From: an uncultured Planctomycetota bacterium
Lineage (GTDB): Bacteria > Planctomycetota > Planctomycetia > Pirellulales > Lacipirellulaceae
Assembly: GCA_963719315.1 (NCBI GenBank)
Contig: CAVRBU010000017.1
Coordinates: 96,001 to 160,000 of the forward strand
Direction of reading: 5' to 3'
DNA: 64,000 nucleotides
Numbering within the stretch: position 1 is the stretch's first letter; every line of letters begins with the position of its first letter. Position numbers and translations under genes: made by a program. The notes below the pieces were generated by a model. The model made no database searches and was not told the DNA's origin. It was given only the letters and a program-made list of their open reading frames with translations. Positions 19,576 to 29,966 of the stretch are shown one piece after another.

Positions 19576-19621
19576 GAAAACTCCACCAACAATCGTTGAA
19601 GATCGACGCCCGCACCGTGGC

Positions 19622-20320
19622 TCATTTGCCGGCCGCGGTCGTGAACGTGGTTTCAATGACCGAGACGTTCCCCGCGGAAGAAACCGTGCCGATCCCGAGC
19701 TGGCACTTGCCGCCGGGAATTAAGAACCCATCGGGCACGGAAAACGAGGTCATGTTAGCGGGAAGCTTGACCTCGATATGGGCCGAGGTTTTCGCCGGGC
19801 TAAGCTCCAGCGTGTAACCCGCGACGCCTTTGACCGGCGCCCAGGTGATTTTCAAATTCTTGGCCGGAACGTTCCGCGCGTCGGCTTTGGGAAAAACGAA
19901 CGACGTGGGCACTGGCAGCTTGTGGCTTAAAGTGGATTTGCCTTCGAGCTGTTCGCCCGAAGACGTGGTAGCCGTAAATGTATACTGACCCTCGGGGTAG
20001 GCCTTCTGCAGCGCCGCAACATCCGTGGGCTCGGGCGATTCGAAGTGAAACTCCCGGATCCCCATGGCGGACTTGCCCGGTGAAGTTAATTCGACAACCG
20101 CGTGTCCATCCGGCGCCGATAAAGTCAGCTTTGCCAGTCCCTCATCGCCGCCGATGGCTTCGAACACGGCTTCCACGTCGCCGTCGGTCGCGTTTTGCTC
20201 GAATCGAACGCTGACGTCTTCGAACGGTTCGGCCTTTTCCGCCGCGAGGGCAGGGATGGCGAGCACGCATAGCAACGAGGCAACTAACATCGATTGCGTT
20301 GTCATTGAGGAATCCTTCAT
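19622..20320 (-). CDS. Exported hypothetical protein (beta-sandwich, FN3-like C-terminus)
   Basis: Signal peptide; FEQNATDGD and FESPEP motifs; start overlaps the RND stop (TAATG). Confidence 0.75.
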   Translation of the reverse strand: MKDSSMTTQSMLVASLLCVLAIPALAAEKAEPFEDVSVRFEQNATDGDVEAVFEAIGGDEGLAKLTLSAPDGHAVVELTSPGKSAMGIREFHFESPEPTDVAALQKAYPEGQYTFTATTSSGEQLEGKSTLSHKLPVPTSFVFPKADARNVPAKNLKITWAPVKGVAGYTLELSPAKTSAHIEVKLPANMTSFSVPDGFLIPGGKCQLGIGTVSSAGNVSVIETTFTTAAGK

Positions 20321-23300
20321 TAAGAGGCGAAAACAGGCTGCCGCCGTTCCACGATCGTGGCATCCTCAGCGATCAATTCTGAAGTGCCTTGGCCGAACTG
20401 CAGGTACAGCGATGGCACGACGAATAGATTGAGCAAGCACGAGGTGACCAGGCCGCCCAGGATGACGATGGCCATGGGATACTCGATTTCGTGACCGGGA
20501 ATGTTGCCCGTCCAAATCAAGGGGACCAGAGCGAGTCCCGTGGCTAAGGCAGTCATCAGGATCGGCGAAAGACGTTCGACAGCACCGCGAAGCGCGAGAT
20601 GCGGTCCAAAGACCTCGCCTTCGTATTTTTCCAGATGCTGGTAGTGATTGATCAGCATGATCTTGTTGCGAGCGGCAATGCCGAACACGGTGAGAAAGCC
20701 GACCAGCGAACCCAGGGAAATAACGTCGCCAGTGAAGTATGCGGCCAGCAAACCGCCGACGAGGGCCGATGGCAGCGTCAGGAAGCCCAGAATCGCCAAA
20801 CGCACGTTGCCGAACGATTCGAGCAGGATGAGGAACACGCCGATTACACCGCCGATCGCGAAGATCATCATTCGACGCTGGGCGTTCTGTCGCTCGGTAT
20901 ATTCGCCGAGAACCTCGGCGTGATAACCCAAGGGAAATTTGACTTTATCCAGGCGATTCTGAACCTCGGACATCACGGCGCCAAGATCGGCGGCGTCCAC
21001 GTTGCCGCTGACATCAATCCGGCGCGAGGCATTGTCGCGAAAGACGACACTCGGCACCGGCGCGATCCGCACATCGGCGACATCGCCCAAGCGGACCTGG
21101 CCGTCGTGGGGCGTGTCGATGGGCATATTTTGAACGCTATTGACGCTATGCCGCGCGGAGGGAATGCTCCAGACGTTCACATCGTATGCTTTGCCGTCGA
21201 TGAATAGGTCGCCTACTTCTTCGCCGGCCATCATGACGGCCGATGCCCGGCGAATGTCGCCCGGCTTCACGCCATAGCGCAGTGCGGCGGGAAGGTTGAC
21301 TTTGACTTGAATCTCCGGCACTTCGGATTGAAGCTGGACGTAGAGATCGACGATGCCGGGAATGTCTTTGATCGCTTTTTCGACTTCGTCGGCCTTATCG
21401 TGAATGCCCTTCAGATCGGGGCCAAAAATTCGAATGGAGAAAGTCTCCTTGGAACCCGAAAGCACCTCGTCGATGGTTTCGTTAAGATACGTTTCCACGT
21501 TATGGTACATTCCAGGATAACCGGCTACGACCTTTTCGATGGCTTCGACCGTTTCATCGTAGTCCACGCTGGGATCGATGCTGATCCAATTTTCACCGAA
21601 ATTGACGCCGGCGGTTTCGTCTCCCTGCAAGGCCTGCCCGATGTGGGAGCCGAAATTGCGCACGCCCGGAATCGCTCGCAGTTCCTTACTGACCCGAGCG
21701 GCCATTCTGTGCTCTTCGGCAACCGAGGTGCCCGGTTTCGTGATCCAGTGCATGAGGAAATCCCGCTCCTTGAACTCCGGAAACAGCGATTCTCCCAGCA
21801 AAGGCAAAACGCCGATACCGATCAGCATGACGAGGCCGGTGGCGAAAAACACCGGTCGGGGTCGCGCGATGATTCGCGCGAGCATCGGTTCATAGATGCG
21901 GTGCAGCCAATTCACCAGCGGCGATTCGCGCTGCTCGATCTTGGCATTGGCCAAGAGGATGTAGCACAGGGCGGGCGTGACCGTCAGGGCCACGACCATC
22001 GAGGCCATTACGGCCAATCCGTACGAGACGGCGAGTGGCTGGAAAAATGCGCCGGACAAACCGCCGATGAAGAAGATCGGAATCAACACCACGACGTCGA
22101 TCAACGTGGCGTGAATGATCGCCTGGCGAACTTCGAGCGAGGCTTCGAGGATGATTCGGGCCGTTGATTTCTTGACGCCTTCCTTGCGGTATTGGCGCAA
22201 GCGGCGGACGATGTTTTCCACGTCGATAATCGCGTCATCGACCACGACGCCGATGGCGATCACGAAACCGGCCAGGATCATCGTATTGAGCGCCGCGCCC
22301 TGCGCGTAAAGGACTAATGCGCCAGCCATCAATGAAAGCGGGATCGCCAATAGGCTAATCAAGGCCGTGCGCCATTCGAACAGGAAGGCGGCAATCACGA
22401 TCATCACGAGCAGGCAGCCGAAGAGCAGCGCACGGGTAAGGTTGTCGAACGCCAACTGGATGTAATCGGCCGGGCGAAAAATCGTCGAATCGATTTGCAA
22501 ACCGGGAAGACCGGGCCGCAATTCATCGAGCGCCGCTTCCACACCGCGCGTCGTCTCCAGGGTGTTCGCCCAAGGATACTTTTGCATGACGAGCATCAGC
22601 CCGGGGCCACCGTTGATGACGGCGTCGCCGAAGAGTGGCCAGGTGTCGGTAACGACGTCCGCCACATCGCTCAAGACGAGCGGCGTACCGTCGGCCTTTT
22701 TCCGGTCGCCGATGGGCACATGGGCAAGTTCTGCCGCGGATTTGAGAGACGAGACGGGCCGGATGTTGACCCGCTGATTGGGCGTATCGATGAAACCACC
22801 GGTGCCGATCATGGCGCCTTCGGAGAAGTACAAGATGCCCACGTCCAAGGCATCGGCGGTCGTCTCCATCACGTCGTCGAGGGTGACCTTGTGGGCCGCC
22901 ATTCGATCGGGATCGACCCGCACCTGGGGCATCTTGAGCTGCTCGCCCCAAATGCACACATTGGCCACGCCGGGCACGCGCAACAAGCGGGCCCGGATCG
23001 TCCAATAGGCCATCATCGACATATCGGTCAGCGGGATCGAATCGGACGAGAGTCCGATTTTCATGAATCGGCCGGTCACGGAAACGGGCGGCATCATGAC
23101 GGGCGGCGAAGCCCAGGTGGGCAACGTGGGAATCACCGTGGCCATGCGCTCCTGCACCAATTGGCGGGCCAGAAGCTCATTCGTGCCAGGCTTGAAGAGC
23201 ATTTCGATCGCCGACAAGTCGCCCAGGCTTTTGGAACGCATGATGTCCAGGCCATCGACGCCCATCAGCGCCTGCTCCATCGGAACGCTCACGAACGACT

Positions 23301-23484
23301 CGACTTCCTCGGCGGACAGCCCCAGACAAATCGTCTGAATCTCAACGCGCGGCGGCGCGAACTCGGGAAACACATCCACCGGCATTCTGCCGAGCTCCGT
23401 GACCCCGAACAACATCATGCCAGCGGCGATCGCCAGTACGATGTACCGAAACTTCAGGCTTGTACCCACAATTGCTCGTATCAT
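20320..23484 (-). CDS. RND efflux permease, CusA/CzcA-like, intact proton-relay motifs
   Basis: MPVDVFPEFAPPRVEIQT, GVVVDDAIIDVEN, ERLSPILMTALAT. Confidence 0.95.
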   Translation of the reverse strand: MIRAIVGTSLKFRYIVLAIAAGMMLFGVTELGRMPVDVFPEFAPPRVEIQTICLGLSAEEVESFVSVPMEQALMGVDGLDIMRSKSLGDLSAIEMLFKPGTNELLARQLVQERMATVIPTLPTWASPPVMMPPVSVTGRFMKIGLSSDSIPLTDMSMMAYWTIRARLLRVPGVANVCIWGEQLKMPQVRVDPDRMAAHKVTLDDVMETTADALDVGILYFSEGAMIGTGGFIDTPNQRVNIRPVSSLKSAAELAHVPIGDRKKADGTPLVLSDVADVVTDTWPLFGDAVINGGPGLMLVMQKYPWANTLETTRGVEAALDELRPGLPGLQIDSTIFRPADYIQLAFDNLTRALLFGCLLVMIVIAAFLFEWRTALISLLAIPLSLMAGALVLYAQGAALNTMILAGFVIAIGVVVDDAIIDVENIVRRLRQYRKEGVKKSTARIILEASLEVRQAIIHATLIDVVVLIPIFFIGGLSGAFFQPLAVSYGLAVMASMVVALTVTPALCYILLANAKIEQRESPLVNWLHRIYEPMLARIIARPRPVFFATGLVMLIGIGVLPLLGESLFPEFKERDFLMHWITKPGTSVAEEHRMAARVSKELRAIPGVRNFGSHIGQALQGDETAGVNFGENWISIDPSVDYDETVEAIEKVVAGYPGMYHNVETYLNETIDEVLSGSKETFSIRIFGPDLKGIHDKADEVEKAIKDIPGIVDLYVQLQSEVPEIQVKVNLPAALRYGVKPGDIRRASAVMMAGEEVGDLFIDGKAYDVNVWSIPSARHSVNSVQNMPIDTPHDGQVRLGDVADVRIAPVPSVVFRDNASRRIDVSGNVDAADLGAVMSEVQNRLDKVKFPLGYHAEVLGEYTERQNAQRRMMIFAIGGVIGVFLILLESFGNVRLAILGFLTLPSALVGGLLAAYFTGDVISLGSLVGFLTVFGIAARNKIMLINHYQHLEKYEGEVFGPHLALRGAVERLSPILMTALATGLALVPLIWTGNIPGHEIEYPMAIVILGGLVTSCLLNLFVVPSLYLQFGQGTSELIAEDATIVERRQPVFAS

Positions 23485-23624
23485 AGCTGAAGACCCTCTC
23501 TAGTGGTCTGTCACGTCTGATTCTGAGGTGAAGCCGAACTCGCTCGAGTTCAGTGGCTTGCTACGTAAGCTGGAATTCTTGCTAACTCCGCTGCCAACAC
23601 TTGATCTCTGGCGTACGCCGTCGG

Positions 23625-24080
23625 TCACTCTTCTTCGAATTCTTGTTCAGATCCATATAGTTCAGCGGCGCCGACGGTCACGACGAGTGCGCCCGGATCG
23701 GGGCCGTTCGAGAGAAACGCTTTATCGCCATCGATATGTTCGATTACGATGGGATGGCGGACGAAAATCAGCGGCGTGGTGTTGATCCACGTCCAGGCGG
23801 CGCCCTCGGTATCGTAAAGGACGGCGGCGTAGGGGATGACCTTCTGCTGCCCGCCGGCCGCTTGGGCCTCGGCAACGGGCGCCGTCTGTATGTCGAGCCG
23901 TTTGGCGGCGTTATCGGTTAACGTCACACGCGCGGGTTCGGGACCCTCGAGGTGCTCGACTGTGGCCGGCTTGTTCTCTTGCTCTTCGTCCGCGGTCGTG
24001 TCTGCCGTCCGATTGCACGACGCCAAAGGCAGGCAAGCGGTGAGAAATAACGCGGCGATCCAACGATGCTTCGTATTCAT
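23625..24080 (-). CDS. Lipoprotein, minimal RND adaptor (membrane-proximal domain only)
   Basis: Lipobox LASC; TLTDNAAKRLDIQTAPV joined directly to IPYAAVLYD...GALVVTVGAAEL. Confidence 0.75.
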   Translation of the reverse strand: MNTKHRWIAALFLTACLPLASCNRTADTTADEEQENKPATVEHLEGPEPARVTLTDNAAKRLDIQTAPVAEAQAAGGQQKVIPYAAVLYDTEGAAWTWINTTPLIFVRHPIVIEHIDGDKAFLSNGPDPGALVVTVGAAELYGSEQEFEEE

Positions 24081-24113
24081 GATATCCTCTTGGTTATGTA
24101 ATTGCTTAATTGC

Positions 24114-27100
24114 CTAATTGCTGATGTCGGAAGGAACTTCGTGCTCTGGAGTGCGGACTCGCGAAATGGCTTCGCGCATTTCTTCATCACTCAAACCGCT
24201 GGCGAGATCGGCAAACTCGACACCGCGGCCGGGACCGCAGAGCAAGAAAATGGCCGGCACGCCAAACAGGATGAACAACGTGGTAGTGATCAAGCCGCCG
24301 ATCGTGACAATGGCCATCGGCCGCAAGGTCTCCAGGCCCGGGACGTTGCCCAGGAATAGCACCGGGGCGACGGCGAGCCCGGTGGCGATCGCGGTCGCCA
24401 GGATAGGCGCCATCCGCTCGCGGGCGCCGTATTGAACCAATCCGGGCCCAAAGGGCGGAATGCCGGCCGCTTCGATCGCATCGAGCCGGTGCCGCGGATC
24501 AAATTGTGCGCGGAAGCGGGCGACTTCGGGATCGAGTTGGGCGCTTCCACCAGCCGATGTGAGACGCTGGTAGTGTCGAATGAGCGTCAGGCTGCTGCAA
24601 ACGGCAATCCCGAAGACGGCGAGCAAGCCGGCAATGGAGCCGAGCGTAAAGACTCCGCCCGTGCAGTAAGTGGCCAGCAGTCCACCCGCCAAGGCGGCTG
24701 GGAACGTCAGGAACGACAGGGAAGCCAGTCGCCAACTTCCAACGGCGGCTTGCAGCAGGAAGAAAATGCCTGCCGCTGCGGCCAGTGATACGGCCAGGAA
24801 GTGAAGGCGGGCTGCGCGGGGGACTGCGTAGTCTCCCACGACGCTGGCGTAGTATTCGAGCGGAAACTTCATTTCTTGAACGCGGCCTTTGATGTCGGCG
24901 ACGACTTCGCCAAGGTCGCGATCCTGGACATCGGACACGATATCGATATAGCGCTTGCACGCCTCATGGCGAACGATACTGTTCGTTGGAACAATACGGA
25001 CCTCCGCCACATCGCCCAGCTTGACGTGCCCGCCATCGGGGGTATCGATGTTCAAATCGCGGATGCTGCTCAGACTGTGGCGCGTTTCGGGCGTGCTCCA
25101 CACGACTACGTCGAAAACCTTTTGGTCCTCGAACAGACTGCCGACCACGATGCCCGAAAGCATCGTGACGGCGGCGCGACGCACATCGCCCGGCTTGAGT
25201 CCGTGTTCCTGTGCCGCCTTCAGGTTGACTTCCGTTTCGAGAGTTGCTTCCCGAATGGGGAATTTGATCCGTGACTCGGCGATTCCATCGATTCCCTGGA
25301 TGGCTTTTTTGACGTTTTTGGCCTTGCTGCGGAGTACATCCGCCTTGTCGCCGTAAATCCGCGTGACGATCTTGTCTTCCGGTTCGGGAATGATGTCGCT
25401 GCTCTTTTCCCGGAGATAGGTCTGCACGCTGTATGTCAGGCCGGGATAACCCTCGACGATTTCTTTGATCGCATCGGCAGTCTGTTTGTAGTTGGCCTTC
25501 GGGTCGATATTGACCCACACTTCGGCCGAATTGACGTTCACCACCTGGTCGCCGCGGATGGCTCGCCCGATGTGGGCACCGACGTTGTTCACGCCGGGAA
25601 CCGTTCGCAGCTCATTCCCCATGCGGCCGGCGATGCGGCTCATTTCCGGATGCGATGTGCCGGGCATGGCGTTGAGGTGGATCAAAAGACTCAATTCGTG
25701 GAACGAAGGTAGCGGTTGCTGAGAGATAAGTGGCATCAACGCCAATCCCACGATTGTCAGGGCGCCAATGGCGCAGAAGGCCAAGCGGCCGTGCTGGACA
25801 AACCGGGCCAGGAGAGGTTCGTAAATGCCCTGCAGCCAACTCACGAGCCGTGAATCGCGGCGCTCGGTTGGCGCCTTGGTGAGGAACAACAGGCACAGCG
25901 CCGGCGTGACAGTCAACGCGACCGCCGTGGAAGCGATGATCGCCAGGGCGTACGAAATCGCCAACGGCTTGTAGAAAGCGCCGGACGAGCCGCTCATCAA
26001 CAGGATCGGCACCACCGCCATAAGAACGATTGCGGCGGCGTAGATGATCGTGCTTCGCGCTTCGTGCGAAGCTTCGAGGATAATTCTCGCGGTCGAACTG
26101 ATGCTCCGATCGGCACGAAATTGGCGAAGCCGGAGAACGATGTTCTCGACGTCGATAACCGCGTCGTACACGATCACGGAGATCGCGGCGGCAAAGCCAG
26201 TCAGCACGATCATGTTGAACGTGGCGCCGGTCGAATACAGCACCAGTGCCGCCACCAGCAGCGACAGCGGGATGGCGATCAGACTGATAAAAGCGGTGCG
26301 CCACTGCAAGAAAAAGGCAATCAGAGCCAATGCAACGAGGGCGAAGCCGATGGCAATTGCCCGAGTCAGATTGCCGAAAGCCGCCTCGATGAAATCGGCG
26401 GGGCGAAAGACTTTGGTATTGACATCGATTCCGAGCAGACCGGGTTCCAATTCGGTCATGGCTTCTTCTACGCCGCGCGTTACGTCCAGCGTGTTGGCGC
26501 CGGGGAATTTTTCGATGACCAGCAGCAAGCCCGGACCTTTGCTCGTGAGTGCGTCGCCAATGAGGGGCTGATGGTCTTCGACGACGTTCGCCACGTCGCC
26601 GATGTGCAGCGAAGTGCCCTCGATGGGCACTTGCGCGAGCTGGTCGGGCGTAACGATCGGCAAAATATGGCGGATTCCGAGGCGTTGATTCGCGGTATCG
26701 ATGAACCCGCCGGTGCCGGGCGTGGAGGCTTCGATGAACGATAGCGACGACACCCACAGCGCATTGCCGGTCGTTTCGAGAACCTTAAGCAGTTCGACCT
26801 TCTTTTCTTCCAAGCGCTTGGGATCGACTTGCACCTGGAGCTGCCAATCTCTCTGACCCCAGATCGCCACATTGGCGACGCCCGGCACGCCCATCAGGCG
26901 CGGCATGATGGTCCAGCGGGCAAGCACGCCCATCTGGATCAGCGGCACATCCTTCGACGACAGGCCAATCATCATGACCCGGCTCGTGGACGACATGGGC
27001 TGGAGCATCACGGGCGGTTTGGATACGTGCGGCATCGCATACGCCTGCGTCATACGCTCCGACACCATCTGCCGCGCCTTCATCAGATCCGTGCCCGGTT

Positions 27101-27395
27101 CGAAGAACAGCACGATCGACGACAGACCGGGCACCGATTCGGAGCGAATCGTTTGCAGCCAGGGCACGCCGTTAAGCAGGTCTTGCTCCAGACCCACCGT
27201 GATCATTTGCTCGACTTCCTCGGCTGAAAGTCCGAGTGCCTCGGTTTGAACCTCGACATAAGGCTGCGAGAATTCGGGCAACACATCGACCGGCATGTTG
27301 CGAAGTTGCCCCACGCCGACCACCACGACCAAGACTGCGATAACAACCACCAGGACCCGCAGTTGCATACTCGCGCCGACGATCCAACGCATCAT
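24114..27395 (-). CDS. RND efflux permease, CusA/CzcA-like, divergent paralogue
   Basis: MPVDVLPEFSQPYVEVQT; VIVYDAVIDVEN; ERMAPILATAIAT; start could be 27446. Confidence 0.93.
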   Translation of the reverse strand: MMRWIVGASMQLRVLVVVIAVLVVVVGVGQLRNMPVDVLPEFSQPYVEVQTEALGLSAEEVEQMITVGLEQDLLNGVPWLQTIRSESVPGLSSIVLFFEPGTDLMKARQMVSERMTQAYAMPHVSKPPVMLQPMSSTSRVMMIGLSSKDVPLIQMGVLARWTIMPRLMGVPGVANVAIWGQRDWQLQVQVDPKRLEEKKVELLKVLETTGNALWVSSLSFIEASTPGTGGFIDTANQRLGIRHILPIVTPDQLAQVPIEGTSLHIGDVANVVEDHQPLIGDALTSKGPGLLLVIEKFPGANTLDVTRGVEEAMTELEPGLLGIDVNTKVFRPADFIEAAFGNLTRAIAIGFALVALALIAFFLQWRTAFISLIAIPLSLLVAALVLYSTGATFNMIVLTGFAAAISVIVYDAVIDVENIVLRLRQFRADRSISSTARIILEASHEARSTIIYAAAIVLMAVVPILLMSGSSGAFYKPLAISYALAIIASTAVALTVTPALCLLFLTKAPTERRDSRLVSWLQGIYEPLLARFVQHGRLAFCAIGALTIVGLALMPLISQQPLPSFHELSLLIHLNAMPGTSHPEMSRIAGRMGNELRTVPGVNNVGAHIGRAIRGDQVVNVNSAEVWVNIDPKANYKQTADAIKEIVEGYPGLTYSVQTYLREKSSDIIPEPEDKIVTRIYGDKADVLRSKAKNVKKAIQGIDGIAESRIKFPIREATLETEVNLKAAQEHGLKPGDVRRAAVTMLSGIVVGSLFEDQKVFDVVVWSTPETRHSLSSIRDLNIDTPDGGHVKLGDVAEVRIVPTNSIVRHEACKRYIDIVSDVQDRDLGEVVADIKGRVQEMKFPLEYYASVVGDYAVPRAARLHFLAVSLAAAAGIFFLLQAAVGSWRLASLSFLTFPAALAGGLLATYCTGGVFTLGSIAGLLAVFGIAVCSSLTLIRHYQRLTSAGGSAQLDPEVARFRAQFDPRHRLDAIEAAGIPPFGPGLVQYGARERMAPILATAIATGLAVAPVLFLGNVPGLETLRPMAIVTIGGLITTTLFILFGVPAIFLLCGPGRGVEFADLASGLSDEEMREAISRVRTPEHEVPSDISN

Positions 27396-28006
27396 AGGTA
27401 ACCTCTGCTTTCTTTCGACCGAGACATTTTCAACACCCGCTCGCATGGGGGTATCGATTTATAGTGACCGGTCTGCCGGCAAGTTACAAGAGTTTGCCGC
27501 GACCAACCGCGAACAAAAATTCAGCCCGCGTTCCGTTTATTCCGTTTGTGTCGGCTGCGAGTAATATGCGAACCGGGCGGTCTCGCCCGGCAGACAGAAC
27601 CGAAAAAATACGCCACACAACCTTCGCGGATACTGCTAATATGCACCGGAACTGGCACGATGTGCATAGTAATAACGCTCATAACGGTTAATCCGTAGTC
27701 ATCCGGAACGTCCAACTACAACCGCCCCCGATTCCAGGAAGAATATTTGCCAATTGCTGTCAGTTCGGTCAAAATGGACCGTAGCCAGTTCCCCATGCAT
27801 CCAATTTGGGGGCACCGAAAATGGTGGGTATAGCGGTGCCCAAGGATACGCGGCTTACGAGTCGTTCCAATTCGCTGTTACGTCACGCAATTTCTTTTCA
27901 ATGAGCTGTGAAAAGACCGCGTTCGTTGGGCAGGCGTTGGTTGATTCGTCCGCGGCCGTTTGAAGTTGAACCCCGATCGATTCGTCCTTTTCTTCAAGAG
28001 AGCCAG

Positions 28007-28888
28007 GTGAATACGATGATTTGTTCGAAGTATGCTGTTGCGATTTCTGCTGTCTTTAGTTCGTTGGCAATTCTTGCTTTGTCGAGCGGCGCCAGCGCCG
28101 AACCACAACTTGAGAAGTTCGACGCCAAGAATTTCGATCGCTCGACGGTGATCGATAATGAGTGGTTCCCCCTCAAGCCTGGAATGAAATACATTTGGGA
28201 TGGCTATGCCGTCGACGAAGAGGGCGATGAGGAAGCTCATTCGGTTACGTTTGTCGTCACCGATTTGACTAAAGAGATAGCCGGCGTGCAGACGGTCGTT
28301 TGTTGGGAGCGGGACTTCGTCGACAAGGAAATGGAAGAAGCGGAAATCATGTTTTTCGCGCAAGACAAGTCGGGCGATGTGTGGCTTCTTGGTGAGTACC
28401 CCGAGGAATACGACAATAAGAAATTCGACAAGCAAGCCAGTTGGATTCACGGCATCAAAGACGGCCACGCCGGCATTCTTATCAAAAAGGATCCCAAGCT
28501 CGGCATGACGTATTCCGAGGGCTGGGCCCCATCGGTGGAATACACGGACATCGCGACGATTTACAAAGTTGGCCAAAAGGTGAAAGTTCCGGCCGGAAAC
28601 TACGATGACGTCATTGTTGTGGATGAGTCCGACCAAGAAACAGTCGGTGCGCATCATCTCAAGTACTATGCCCGTGGGACGGGTGTCGTTCATATTGATT
28701 GGCGCGGTAAAAAGACCGATCAGGAAAAAATGGACCTCATTAAGGTCGAAAAGCTCAGCGCCGAGGAAATGGCTAAAGCCAATGAGGCTGCGATGAAATT
28801 AGACAAGCATGGCTACGAAGTTAGCAAGGACGTCTACGCATTGACGAAACCGGTGGAGAGCCCGAAAGCGCCGGCAGCTTCGCAATAG
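28007..28888 (+). CDS. Exported hypothetical protein
   Basis: Signal peptide; IDNEWFPLKPG, FFAQDKSGDVWLLGE and KYYARGTGVV motifs. Confidence 0.8.
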   Translation: MNTMICSKYAVAISAVFSSLAILALSSGASAEPQLEKFDAKNFDRSTVIDNEWFPLKPGMKYIWDGYAVDEEGDEEAHSVTFVVTDLTKEIAGVQTVVCWERDFVDKEMEEAEIMFFAQDKSGDVWLLGEYPEEYDNKKFDKQASWIHGIKDGHAGILIKKDPKLGMTYSEGWAPSVEYTDIATIYKVGQKVKVPAGNYDDVIVVDESDQETVGAHHLKYYARGTGVVHIDWRGKKTDQEKMDLIKVEKLSAEEMAKANEAAMKLDKHGYEVSKDVYALTKPVESPKAPAASQ

Positions 28889-28985
28889 GTAATCAGTTGC
28901 GGCTGCCAGAGGTGACGACGGCTTTCTCGAGGTAATTCTCGAGGTAAAATGTATGATCGCAGCTTTCAAGGAATAAGGAAAAACG

Positions 28986-29867
28986 ATGAAATACGCGCTT
29001 CAAACCGTGTTGGCCATGCTGACGGCAATCGCCGTGACTGACGCTGCAATCGCTCAGCAGCAACAGGCGGATCGTCCCGGCACCGAGGAATTTGGGCTGA
29101 GCATGCGGCAACTCGTGCAAAACGTCGAGAAAGTTGAAACCCTAATCGCCAAGTGTATGCAGGAACAAGGTTTCGAGTACGTCGCCGCCGACTTTAAGAC
29201 CGTTCGTCGAGGAATGATCGCCGACAAATCGATGCCCGGCATGGACGAGGAGGAATTCACGCAACAGTACGGCTTTGGAGTGGCCACGCTCTACACGGGT
29301 CTCCCGCCTCAGTTGGTGGAAGGCTACAGCCCGGCCAGAGTCGGCTTGGGCGACAAAAACGTGCAAATCTTCAAAGGCTTGTCGCCGGCCGATCAAGCCG
29401 CATACAACCGGGCGCTGCTCGGAGAGAACACCGACGCCACGTTTGCCGTCGCTCTGGAGATTGAGAATTTTTCCAGATGTGGCGGTTGCACGCTGAAGGC
29501 CATCCAGCAGGTTTTCAAGGAGGACCAATTAAAGCCGACGTACCGCAATCCGAAAGACGAATTAATCAATAAGGATCCTCGTATGAAGGCGGCGCTGCGG
29601 ACGTATGCCGAGCGGATGCGCGCGGCCGGTTTTGAGTATACCCACCCTGATCAGGTCGAAACGGACATCCGCGACCGCCTCGTCGCGATTACCGGCGGCG
29701 AGATGGTTCCCGTTGATAAGCTACCCTCGGAGTGCCAAGCGGCCCTCAAAAAGCTTCAAGAATTTGAGCGGCGGGTCGGCGTAATCAGCTACAAGCTGCA
29801 AGGCGAACTATTCGAACCTGTTGAGGAACAAATCGAAAAGGAAATGTACCCGCGCGAAGTCAAATAA
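28986..29867 (+). CDS. Exported hypothetical protein
   Basis: Signal peptide; LIAKCMQEQGFEY and MRAAGFEY repeat, reminiscent of actinobacterial lipoproteins found next to MacB-type ABC operons. Confidence 0.8.
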   Translation: MKYALQTVLAMLTAIAVTDAAIAQQQQADRPGTEEFGLSMRQLVQNVEKVETLIAKCMQEQGFEYVAADFKTVRRGMIADKSMPGMDEEEFTQQYGFGVATLYTGLPPQLVEGYSPARVGLGDKNVQIFKGLSPADQAAYNRALLGENTDATFAVALEIENFSRCGGCTLKAIQQVFKEDQLKPTYRNPKDELINKDPRMKAALRTYAERMRAAGFEYTHPDQVETDIRDRLVAITGGEMVPVDKLPSECQAALKKLQEFERRVGVISYKLQGELFEPVEEQIEKEMYPREVK

Positions 29868-29966
29868 GCGCTACTCTCGGACGGTAGGACCGAGGGAGTA
29901 CGGACACGACTGGCGCCACGCGAGCGAACCTCGTTCAATAACGCGGTGTTACAGAGGTATCTCGTT

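Noticed and set aside
27652..27668. Sigma54 promoter TGGCACGATGTGCA
   Set aside because: GG-to-GC spacing is 8 nt rather than the required 10
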